DNA from: an uncultured Actinomycetes bacterium
GTDB taxonomy: Bacteria; Actinomycetota; UBA4738; JBBDTT01
Direction: 5' to 3'
Assembly (NCBI GenBank): GCA_963742735.1
Contig: CAVUMN010000003.1
Span: 736,001 to 800,000 of the forward strand
Length of the DNA stretch: 64,000 nucleotides
Shown: positions 34,089-42,593 of the stretch, piece by piece
How the letters are laid out: every line of letters starts with the position of its first letter
How positions within the stretch are numbered: position 1 is the stretch's first letter
The notes under the pieces: model-generated
Database searches by the model: none
What the model saw: the letters and a program-made list of their open reading frames with translations, nothing else
What the model was told of the DNA's origin: nothing
Made by a program: the position numbers and the translations under genes

Positions 34089-35524
34089 CCGCCTCCCGCA
34101 TCTCGAGCACCAAGAACCCCCACGTCCACGACGCCGCACGCCTGAAGAAGCGCGCGCTGCGCGAGAAGGACCGCCGGTTCCTGGTCGAGGGGCGGCAGGG
34201 GGTGGCCGAGGCGCTCGAGGCTCGCCGGGTCGAGACCCTCTTCCACGCCGAGGGCACGCACGACGACCTGGCCGAGGTGGCGTCCTCGCTCGGTGCCCGC
34301 GTGGTCGCCGCCACCGAGGACGTCCTCAAGCACCTGACCTCCACCGTCACCCCGCAGGGGATCGTGGCGGTCGCCTCCTACCTGGACGTCCCCCTCGACG
34401 CGGTCCGGGACCCGAGGCTCGTCGCGGTGCTGTGCGCGGTCCGCGACCCGGGCAACGCCGGGACGATCCTTCGCTCGGCCGACGCGGCGGGGGCGGACGC
34501 GGTGGTGTTCGCCGGGGAGTCCGTCGACGTCTACAACCCGAAGACCGTCCGCGCCTCCGCGGGCTCGGTGTTCCATCTTCCGGTGGTGCGCTCGGTCGCG
34601 GAGCCGGAGGCAGTGGAGTCCCTGCGCGGCTCGGGGCTGCAGGTCCTGGCGGCGGACGCGAGCGGCGAGACGAGCCTGGACCAGGTGGACCTGTCCCGCC
34701 CGACCGCGCTGCTCTTCGGCAACGAGGCGTGGGGCCTGCCGCCCGAGACCGCCGCGCTCGCCGACGCGACCGTGCGGATCCCCATGCGGGGCCGGGCCGA
34801 GTCGCTGAACCTGGCCGCCGCGGCGACGCTCATGCTGTTCGAGGTGTCGCGGCCCGCGCCCGCAGTCGGCGGGGACGACCTCGCCCGGTGGATCTCGGGG
34901 TCGGCCCACGACCTGCGCTCGCCGCTCACCGGGCTGACCGGGTTCACGCTGATGCTCTCCCGCCGGTGGGACCGGCTCTCGGAGGACCAGCGGCGCGAGC
35001 TCGTGGAATCGATCGGCGTGGACGCCGAGCGGGTCGGACACAACATCAAGCGGGTGATCGACGCGGCCCGCGCGGGGCTGGGAACCCTGAAGCCGGGGGA
35101 GGAGCGGATCGACGTCCGCGACCTGGCGACGAAGGCGCGGGACGCCCTCGCCGCCCGCGAGCAGACGATCTCGCTCGACCTGCCCGACGCCGAGGTCCGC
35201 GTGCTCGGCGACCCGGACCGGCTGGGGATCGCCGTGATCGCCCTGGCGGAGGCGGCGGCGTGGTGGGGCGACTCCGACGACCTCGCGACGATCCGCGTGG
35301 AAGCCGGCGAGGGCGAGGGGCGCGTCGTCGTCACCCGTCCCGGGAAGCCCGAGCCGTGGCCGTTCACCCCCGAGGGCACCGGCCGGGGCACTGGCCTGGC
35401 CCTGCTCGCCGCGGAGGGCGTCCTGCGGGTCCACGGGGGCCGGCTCGAGCACGAGATCGGCGAGGCCGGGCTCAGGTTCACCGCCACGATCCCCGCGGGC
35501 CCTGTGGCAGACTCGCCCGCATGA
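34085..35524 (+). CDS. TrmH/SpoU-family RNA 2'-O-methyltransferase fused to a HisKA plus degenerate HATPase_c module
   Basis: SPOUT motifs [40 protein letters not shown], then in frame AHDLRSPLT (H-box) and GTGLAL...HGGRL; start uncertain and apparently non-canonical. Confidence 0.85.
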   Translation, partial: VAASRISSTKNPHVHDAARLKKRALREKDRRFLVEGRQGVAEALEARRVETLFHAEGTHDDLAEVASSLGARVVAATEDVLKHLTSTVTPQGIVAVASYLDVPLDAVRDPRLVAVLCAVRDPGNAGTILRSADAAGADAVVFAGESVDVYNPKTVRASAGSVFHLPVVRSVAEPEAVESLRGSGLQVLAADASGETSLDQVDLSRPTALLFGNEAWGLPPETAALADATVRIPMRGRAESLNLAAAATLMLFEVSRPAPAVGGDDLARWISGSAHDLRSPLTGLTGFTLMLSRRWDRLSEDQRRELVESIGVDAERVGHNIKRVIDAARAGLGTLKPGEERIDVRDLATKARDALAAREQTISLDLPDAEVRVLGDPDRLGIAVIALAEAAAWWGDSDDLATIRVEAGEGEGRVVVTRPGKPEPWPFTPEGTGRGTGLALLAAEGVLRVHGGRLEHEIGEAGLRFTATIPAGPVADSPA

Positions 35525-36582
35525 CCACGGACCCCCAGGACGCCGTTCGCTCGCTCGAGGCCGAGGTGGCGCGGGCCCGCGGGGCCGCCGCCGCCGCGTC
35601 GACCCTCGAGGACCTCGAGCAGGCCCAGGTGGCGCTGCTCGGCCGCAAGGCGCCGCTGTCGGCGATCAAGCGTTCGCTCGGCGAGCTCGACGAGGCCGGG
35701 CGCCGCCTGGTCGGACAGGCCACGAACGAGGCTCGCGCCGCGATCGAGTCGGCGCTGGCGGAGCGGCGCGCCGAGCTCGAGGGGGGCGCTGCCCGGGAGC
35801 GGCTGGATGCCGAGCGCATCGACGTCACCCTCCCCGGCCGGGCGAACCGTCCCGGCTCGCTCCATCCCCTGGCGGTCATCGAGTACCGCATCGTCGAGAT
35901 CTTCGAGCGGATGGGCTACCGGGTCGTCGAGGGCCCGGAGATCGAGACCGACTGGTACAACTTCCAGGCCCTCAACATCCCGCCCGACCACCCGGCCCGG
36001 ACGGTCAAGGACACGCTGTACGTGGACGTGCCCGGCCGCGACGACCTCCTCCTGCGCACCGAGACCAGCGCGATGCAGATCCACACCATGGAGTCGCAGC
36101 CGCCGCCCGTGTACATCGTCTCGCCGGGGCGGACGTTCCGCCGCGACACCCAGGACGCGACCCACTCCCCGGTGTTCCATCAGATCGAGGGGCTGGCGGT
36201 CGACGAGGGACTTTCGTTCTCCGACATGAAGGGCACCCTCGAGGCGTTCGCGCAGGGCATGTTCGGCCCGGACCAGCGGGTGCGCCTGACGGCGTCATAC
36301 TTCCCGTTCGTCGAGCCCGGCGCCCAGGTCGAGGTGTCCTGCTTCATCTGCGGCGGCGTCGGCTGCCGGACGTGCGGCAACGGCTGGATCGAGATCATGG
36401 GGTGCGGGATGGTCCACCCCAACGTCCTGGAGAACGTCGGCTACGACTCCGAGCGATATACGGGGTTCGCGTTCGGGATGGGGATCGAGCGGGTGGCGAT
36501 GCTCGTGTACGGCCTGCCCGACATCCGGCTGCTGTTCGAGAGCGACGTGCGGTTCCTGTCCCAGTTCCAGGCGGTCGGATGA
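35521..36582 (+). CDS. pheS: Phenylalanine--tRNA ligase alpha subunit
   Basis: NFQALNIPPDHPAR, DATHSPVFHQIEG, YFPFVEP, GFAFGMGIER; CxxC..CxxC insert. Confidence 0.97.
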   Translation: MTTDPQDAVRSLEAEVARARGAAAAASTLEDLEQAQVALLGRKAPLSAIKRSLGELDEAGRRLVGQATNEARAAIESALAERRAELEGGAARERLDAERIDVTLPGRANRPGSLHPLAVIEYRIVEIFERMGYRVVEGPEIETDWYNFQALNIPPDHPARTVKDTLYVDVPGRDDLLLRTETSAMQIHTMESQPPPVYIVSPGRTFRRDTQDATHSPVFHQIEGLAVDEGLSFSDMKGTLEAFAQGMFGPDQRVRLTASYFPFVEPGAQVEVSCFICGGVGCRTCGNGWIEIMGCGMVHPNVLENVGYDSERYTGFAFGMGIERVAMLVYGLPDIRLLFESDVRFLSQFQAVG

Positions 36583-38963
36583 GGGTCCCGTACGCCTGGC
36601 TCCGCGAGCTCTGCCCGGTCGAGCAGACCGTCGAAGAGCTCGCCGAGCTGCTCACGGCCAAGGGCATCCACGTCGAGGGCATCCTCCGGCCCTGGGGCGG
36701 GCTGTCCGGCGTGGTCGCCGCCCGGGTGATCGAGGTCCTGGACCACCCGAACTCCGACAAGCTCTGTCTGGCCCGGGTCGACGCCGGATCGCTGGGCGAG
36801 CATCCCGTGGTGGTCGGCGTCCGGAACATGGCCGCCGGCGACGTCGTGCCGTACGCGCCGCCCGGCGCGCGGGTGCCGGTCCTTGACGAACCTCTGTCGG
36901 CGAAGGAGCTCCGCGGCGAGACGTCCGAGGGGATGTTGTGCTCGCCTCGCGAGCTGGCGATCTCCGCCGACCACACCGGCATCCTGGTCCTGCCCGCCGG
37001 CGTGGACCCCGGGGCCGACGTGGCCGCCGCGTTCGGGCTCGACGACGCGGTCATCGACATCGAAGTCGAGCCCAACCGGCCCGACCTGCTGTCGGTGCTC
37101 GGCGTGGCCCGCGAGGCGTCGATGGCCACCGGCGTCCCGTTGATCGAGCCGGACCTGTCCGTCCCCGAGGGCGAGGAGCAGGCCGACGCCGTGGCGACCG
37201 TGAAGATCGAGGACCTCGAGCGCTGCCCGCGCTACCTGGCTCGGGTCATCCGCGGGGTGACGTCGAGGCCGGCGCCGATCGTCGCCCAGGCCCGGCTGAC
37301 GGCCGCCGGCATGCGCCCGATCTCCGCGGTGGTCGACGCGACGAACTACGTGCTCCTGGAGCTCGGGCACCCGCTGCACCCGTTCGACCTGCAGCTGCTG
37401 GCGGGGCCGGGAATCGTGGTCCGCCGCGCGGAGGACGGGGAGCGCTTGGTCACCCTCGACGGCGTCGACCGGAAGCTGACCGACGAGGATCTGGTCATCG
37501 CCGACCTGGAGAAGCCCGTGGCCGTCGCCGGCGTGATGGGCTCCGCCGTGGCCGAGGTCTCTGAGCAGACCTCCGACGTGCTGCTGGAGAGCGCGTACTT
37601 CTCGCCCCTCGGCGTCCTGCGCACCGCGCGGCGGCTGGGCCTGCGGACCGAGGCGAACATGCGCTTCGAGCGCGGGGCCGACCCCGAGGCGGTGCCCCGG
37701 GCGGCCGACCGGGCGGCCCAGCTCATCGCGGAGTGGTCCGGCGGGACCGTCGTGGCCGGCGTGATCGACGGCGGCGAGCCGCCCGCTCGTCGTCACGTGG
37801 CCGTGCGCCCGGAGCGGGCGTCGCTCCTGCTGGGCTTCGAGGTGAGCGCCCCCGACATCCGGGAGGCGTTCGGCCGCCTGGGGATCCGCGCAGCCCAGAC
37901 GGACGGCGTGGTGGACGTCGAGGTCCCCGGCTACCGCGTGGACCTGGATCGCGAGGTCGACCTCATCGAGGAGGTCGTGCGGGTCCGCGGCTACGAGGAG
38001 GTCGGCGCGTCCCTGCCCGGCGTGCGCCAGCGGGGCGGGGAGATGGAGTCCTACGCCTTCCGCCGACGGGTTCGCCACGCGCTGGCCCGGGCCGGCGTGC
38101 GCGAGGCGATGTCGCTGTCGTTCGCGAACCGCGACGACCTGGCGCTGATGGGCGTCGACCCGGACGCGCAGCTGAAGGTCGGCAACCCCCTCGCCGCCGA
38201 CGAGGGATGGATGCGCCCCTCACTGATCCCCGGCCTGGTCAGGGCGCTGGCCCGCAACCGCGCGCGCCAGGTGCCGGGCGCGGCCCTGTTCGAGACCGGC
38301 CACGTGTTCACGTCCGACGAGGCCCCGTACCGGGAGTGGGAGCAGGTCGCGTTCGCGTTCAACGGCTCGGCCGGGACGTGGTGGGGCGGCCACGCCCGCG
38401 AGTTCGACTTCTACGACGCCAAGGGCGCGCTCGAGCTGCTGATGGCCGGCCTGGGGATCAAGGACTGGTCGCTGGGGGAGCCGGCGGGCGCGCCGTTCCA
38501 CCCCGCACGATCGGCGCGCGTGCTCATCGCCGGCGAGCCGGTGGGGGAGATCGGCGAGCTCGACCCGGGCGCCCTGGAGCCCTACGACGTGCCCGGCCGA
38601 GCTTCGGCCGCCTGGCTGCCGATGGACGTCCTCGCGGAGCACGCGACCGACCTCCTGACCTACGCGGAGATCCCGAGGTTCCCGCCGGTCCGCCGGGACC
38701 TGGCCTTCGTCGTGGACGCCTCCGCCGGGGCCGAGGCGGTCCGCGCCGCCCTGGTCGAAGCCGGAGGTGACCTGGTCGGCGACGTGGTCCTGTTCGACGT
38801 GTTCACCGGCCGCCCCATCCCCGAGGGCAAGAAATCCTTCGCGTTCGCCGTGGACTTCCGCGCCCCCGACCGAACCCTGACCGACGACGAAGCCGACGCC
38901 GTGGTGACGCGCATCGTCGACCGCCTGGCCAAGGACTTCGGCGCCCAGCTTCGCACCGGTTAG
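36579..38963 (+). CDS. pheT: Phenylalanine--tRNA ligase beta subunit
   Basis: HPNSDKL, SEGMLCS, PNRPDLLS, RFERG, DLIEEV, C-terminal FDX-ACB domain (RRDLAFVV). Confidence 0.97.
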   Translation: MRVPYAWLRELCPVEQTVEELAELLTAKGIHVEGILRPWGGLSGVVAARVIEVLDHPNSDKLCLARVDAGSLGEHPVVVGVRNMAAGDVVPYAPPGARVPVLDEPLSAKELRGETSEGMLCSPRELAISADHTGILVLPAGVDPGADVAAAFGLDDAVIDIEVEPNRPDLLSVLGVAREASMATGVPLIEPDLSVPEGEEQADAVATVKIEDLERCPRYLARVIRGVTSRPAPIVAQARLTAAGMRPISAVVDATNYVLLELGHPLHPFDLQLLAGPGIVVRRAEDGERLVTLDGVDRKLTDEDLVIADLEKPVAVAGVMGSAVAEVSEQTSDVLLESAYFSPLGVLRTARRLGLRTEANMRFERGADPEAVPRAADRAAQLIAEWSGGTVVAGVIDGGEPPARRHVAVRPERASLLLGFEVSAPDIREAFGRLGIRAAQTDGVVDVEVPGYRVDLDREVDLIEEVVRVRGYEEVGASLPGVRQRGGEMESYAFRRRVRHALARAGVREAMSLSFANRDDLALMGVDPDAQLKVGNPLAADEGWMRPSLIPGLVRALARNRARQVPGAALFETGHVFTSDEAPYREWEQVAFAFNGSAGTWWGGHAREFDFYDAKGALELLMAGLGIKDWSLGEPAGAPFHPARSARVLIAGEPVGEIGELDPGALEPYDVPGRASAAWLPMDVLAEHATDLLTYAEIPRFPPVRRDLAFVVDASAGAEAVRAALVEAGGDLVGDVVLFDVFTGRPIPEGKKSFAFAVDFRAPDRTLTDDEADAVVTRIVDRLAKDFGAQLRTG

Positions 38964-38967
38964 AGGT

Positions 38968-40494
38968 TCAGGCCGGTTCGAAGTTGTTCAGGATCGAAAG
39001 CGCTTCGTCGATGGTTTCCTCATCGGCGGAGGGATGAATGAGGATGCCAGCTTCGAAGCCACGCCCAACGTCCTGGAAGAGCCACCAGTACCAGTCCTGT
39101 GTCCCGTCGCACCCCTCGTATGCGGGGTCCGCTGGCACTTTCCCTTCGAGTGTGAACGGTTCCGGCCGCGGATCCAGCTCCTCAGGCGTTTCCTGAACAG
39201 GCTCCGATATCCACACGAGTGCGCCGCCTCGGGGCAGAGCGAGCACCGCATCGTGATACGGCCCGAGGTTGCAGTCTTGCGCAATGCCGCCCGTGGGAGG
39301 GAAGTCCCAGGTACCCGCGACGAGCAGCATAGGTGAGTCGTGTTTGGGATCCGGCACCGGTCCCTCAACGGCGCGCCAGCCTGCCGGGATCAGGACGGTG
39401 TATCGCGCTTCAGTGTTCTCGAGGAGTTGAGGGTCGTCGTCCCCTCCGAGCGCCTCTTCGAAGAGCGGCGGAGGGTACTCGACTCTCAAGCCTGCCCGTA
39501 TCAGCTCAGCAAGGTCACTTACCACCGGGAGCGCGCCGCCCGGTTCAGCATCCACATAGACGTAAAGACTGTCGACTTGCCAGAACGCGCGTGTGGAAGT
39601 TGCGAGGAGATCGACGCCGTCGACCTCAGCGATCCTTCGGCCTCCCGGAAGGGGATACGGCCCGTGGGGAGGCGCCTCCACCGCCCGGAGGGTGAATTGG
39701 GAGGCGCTTCCGCCGGCCCGGACGATGAACGCCTCGAGCGTGTCCCCCTCGATCACGTCTCCAGCTTCCTGTACGACCAGCTCAACCCACTGAGACGGAG
39801 GGCACGAATAATGCGACCAGCGCCCGCTGAGATGGCAGGGCGGCTGAAACCCCGCCCGTACCCGGAGCGAGTCGAGGACGGCGTACGCCTGATCGATCGT
39901 TGCCTGTGGAGAATTGGGAGTCCACGCCACGGCTGCCTCGAAGTACCGACCACCGTCACGGAACCGAAATGTGATGCCGTCAAGTGGCGTTCCCGAGCCG
40001 CAGAAGACTTCCGCGAAGGTCCCTAATGGATGGATGCCAGCGAACGACGCCTGGATGCGAGGGGGGAAGCGGCTTGGCCTCATGTGCGATCCCTTGGGGT
40101 ATTCGACGATCCACACCGCGGCGCCGTCCTCTGGCAGATCCCTGTGACATTGACTGGACGACCGAATCGGCCAAGAGCCCGCAAGGACGATTTGGTGTGG
40201 GGCGTTCCCAATTCCACGTGGGCCCGGACGGACCGACCAATCGCGGGGGATCGTCACGCTGAAGTCCCCGTTCTTGCCAAGGACTGTTGTGCTCGGTTGC
40301 CGCCGGTCGGCCGGGCTTCCCTCATTGCCGGACAGCATCACCAGCGGGAGGGCGATTCCTGTGATCACGATCAGCGTCGAGATCGTGGCCGCGAAGAGCC
40401 GACGCCGCCGCAACCGCCGAGCTCGGCGCTGTACCGCGGCCAGGTCAGGGGAGGGCACGGTCGCCCTGCGTATCCGTTCCCGCAACTCATCCAT
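38968..40494 (-). CDS. Putative anti-sigma-like single-pass membrane protein with a duplicated extracytoplasmic domain
   Basis: Short N-terminus, ARRLRRRR, TM helix, then a large extracellular region; overlaps the stop of the upstream ECF sigma gene. Confidence 0.7.
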   Translation of the reverse strand: MDELRERIRRATVPSPDLAAVQRRARRLRRRRLFAATISTLIVITGIALPLVMLSGNEGSPADRRQPSTTVLGKNGDFSVTIPRDWSVRPGPRGIGNAPHQIVLAGSWPIRSSSQCHRDLPEDGAAVWIVEYPKGSHMRPSRFPPRIQASFAGIHPLGTFAEVFCGSGTPLDGITFRFRDGGRYFEAAVAWTPNSPQATIDQAYAVLDSLRVRAGFQPPCHLSGRWSHYSCPPSQWVELVVQEAGDVIEGDTLEAFIVRAGGSASQFTLRAVEAPPHGPYPLPGGRRIAEVDGVDLLATSTRAFWQVDSLYVYVDAEPGGALPVVSDLAELIRAGLRVEYPPPLFEEALGGDDDPQLLENTEARYTVLIPAGWRAVEGPVPDPKHDSPMLLVAGTWDFPPTGGIAQDCNLGPYHDAVLALPRGGALVWISEPVQETPEELDPRPEPFTLEGKVPADPAYEGCDGTQDWYWWLFQDVGRGFEAGILIHPSADEETIDEALSILNNFEPA

Positions 40495-40945
40495 CGACGA
40501 GCTCACCCCGCCTCAATGCGGCTCGCGCCTTCGCGAGATGGGATTTCACGGTGCCCTCCTCGCATCCCATCGTGTCCGCGACGTCGGCGATCGGAAGGTC
40601 GACCACGTAGTGGAGCAAGACCGCTTCCTGCTGTCTCGGGGGCAGGCTCCGTATGGCTCGCCACACGTCCAGGGCCCGGTCGAGATCGTGCTCCTGGGGA
40701 GCCGACGGCTCGACTCCAGGTCGCCTTCTCAGCGCTCGGCGCACTACGTTCAAAGCCGTCGTCGTCACCCATCCAGCCACCCATGGCCGATCCTTCAGTC
40801 GCCGCCAGCGTTCGAGCGCCCGCGCGAATGCCTCCTGCGTTGCCTCCTCCGCCAGCCCGGGATCGCCGCACAGAGCCAGCGAGGCCCGGTACACCGACCC
40901 GAACTCCGATTCGTAGAGCTCCTGAAAGCGCTCGTCGATCCGCAC
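40487..40945 (-). CDS. ECF-family RNA polymerase sigma factor (SigE-like)
   Basis: Region 2 (AEEATQEAFARALERW) and region 4 (LPPRQQEAVLLHY..DLPIADVADTMGCEEGTVKSHLAKAR). Confidence 0.92.
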   Translation of the reverse strand: MRIDERFQELYESEFGSVYRASLALCGDPGLAEEATQEAFARALERWRRLKDRPWVAGWVTTTALNVVRRALRRRPGVEPSAPQEHDLDRALDVWRAIRSLPPRQQEAVLLHYVVDLPIADVADTMGCEEGTVKSHLAKARAALRRGELVDG

Positions 40946-41004
40946 GTGGCCCCATTCAAGTCCCGAACCCATCCGGAGGTGTACTCGCTCGCTAGACTGC
41001 TCGC

Positions 41005-41925
41005 ATGAGCAGGGACTTCCTTTCCATCGACGACCTCTCGAACGAGGAGCTGCTGGCGCTGCTCGAGCTGGCGGCGAACGTCAAGGCCAATCGAGGGGAG
41101 TACGCGAACCGGCTGGCCGGGAAGAGCGCGGCGTTGATCTTCGAGAAGCCGTCCACGCGGACCCGGGTGTCGTTCGAGGTGGCCTGCGCGGACCTGGGGA
41201 TTCACCCGCTGTCCCTCACGAGCTCCGACCTCCAGCTCGGCCGCGGGGAGACCATCGAGGACACCGGCCGCGTCCTGTCGCGCTACGTCGACGTGATCGT
41301 CCTGCGGACGTTCGGCCAGGACCGGCTAACCCGCCTGGCCGAGGCGGCCGACGTGCCGGTGATCAACGCCCTCTCCGACTACTCGCACCCGTGCCAGGCG
41401 CTGGCCGACCTCCAGACGATCCGCGAGCGCACGGGTCGCCTCGCCGGCCTCACCCTCGCCTACCTGGGGGACGGGAACAACGTCACCCACTCCCTGCTGT
41501 TCGCCGGCGCCAAGGCCGGCATGAACGTGCGCGTGGCCACGCCCGAGGGCTTCGAGCCCGACGAGGCGGTCGTGAAGCGGGCTCGGGAGATCGCCGAGGA
41601 CACCGGCGGGTCGGTCCACATCGGCAACGACCCCGCCGCCGCGTGCCAGGGCGCGCACGTCCTGTACACCGACGTGTGGGCGAGCATGGGCCAGGAGTCC
41701 GAGTCGGCGGTTCGGGGCTCGATCTTCCCGCCGTTCCGGATCGACGCGGCGGCGGTCGCCCGGGCCGCCCCCGACTGCATCGTCCTGCACTGCCTGCCGG
41801 CCCACCGGGGCGACGAGATCACCGACGACGTCATCGACGGCCCGCGCTCCGCGGTGTGGGACCAGGCGGAGAACCGCCTGCACGCCCAGAAGGCCCTGCT
41901 GCTCTGGCTTCTCGGCGGTGCCTGA
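41005..41925 (+). CDS. argF: Ornithine carbamoyltransferase
   Basis: FEKPSTRTRVSFE, HPCQALAD, GDGNNV, TDVWASMG, LHCLPAHRG, QAENRLH. Confidence 0.96.
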   Translation: MSRDFLSIDDLSNEELLALLELAANVKANRGEYANRLAGKSAALIFEKPSTRTRVSFEVACADLGIHPLSLTSSDLQLGRGETIEDTGRVLSRYVDVIVLRTFGQDRLTRLAEAADVPVINALSDYSHPCQALADLQTIRERTGRLAGLTLAYLGDGNNVTHSLLFAGAKAGMNVRVATPEGFEPDEAVVKRAREIAEDTGGSVHIGNDPAAACQGAHVLYTDVWASMGQESESAVRGSIFPPFRIDAAAVARAAPDCIVLHCLPAHRGDEITDDVIDGPRSAVWDQAENRLHAQKALLLWLLGGA

Positions 41926-41928
41926 GCC

Positions 41929-42555
41929 CTAGCCCGCCGGCTCGAACTGCAGCGCTTGCACGATCACCCCGACCTCGTCGCGCGTCGCCTGATCCGCGTC
42001 CTCGCCGAGGAACACCTCGAGCCGGATCGCGTTGCCCCCGCCCACGCACCAGGTCGCGACGCGCCACTCGAACGAGTCGTAGGCGCCCCGCGCCTTGAAC
42101 TCGCCGAGCGTCGCGGCCGGCGGCGTCCCCAGCTCCATGGACCCGAGCGACTCCGGCGGCGTCGTCGGCAGGGTCGACCCGCAGGCCACCTCGGCGATCT
42201 GGAAGAACGCCGCGGTCACGTAGGCGCCGTCGGGCGGCAGCGGCCGCGGGTCGAGCTCGGCCGCGCAGGTCTCCCCGCTGCCGATCATCCGCTTGAAGCT
42301 CACCAGCGCCACGTCGTGGGTCGAGGCGTGGGCGTCGTCCGAGGTCTCGCAGTTGACCGAGGCGCTCCCCACGAACCAGGCGTCGGGGGCGGCGAGGGTG
42401 AGCGTGCCGGCGGAGGACTCGGCCGAGGCCTGCCGTCCCAGCCCGATCACGTCAGGGCCGGGCCCGGCGCTACGGCTCAGGCGGGCGATCAGGACGCCCC
42501 CGGCCGTTCCGGCGACCGCGGCGATCAGCAGGATGGGGAAGACCCGGTTTCGCAC
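41929..42555 (-). CDS. Hypothetical exported or membrane-anchored protein
   Basis: N-terminal hydrophobic segment; TACACT 7 nt upstream of GTG; resembles the repeats in the 38968..40494 protein. Confidence 0.65.
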   Translation of the reverse strand: MRNRVFPILLIAAVAGTAGGVLIARLSRSAGPGPDVIGLGRQASAESSAGTLTLAAPDAWFVGSASVNCETSDDAHASTHDVALVSFKRMIGSGETCAAELDPRPLPPDGAYVTAAFFQIAEVACGSTLPTTPPESLGSMELGTPPAATLGEFKARGAYDSFEWRVATWCVGGGNAIRLEVFLGEDADQATRDEVGVIVQALQFEPAG

Positions 42556-42593
42556 GGCGGAGAGTGTACGAGGGCGCCGCTAGACTCCCGCCC

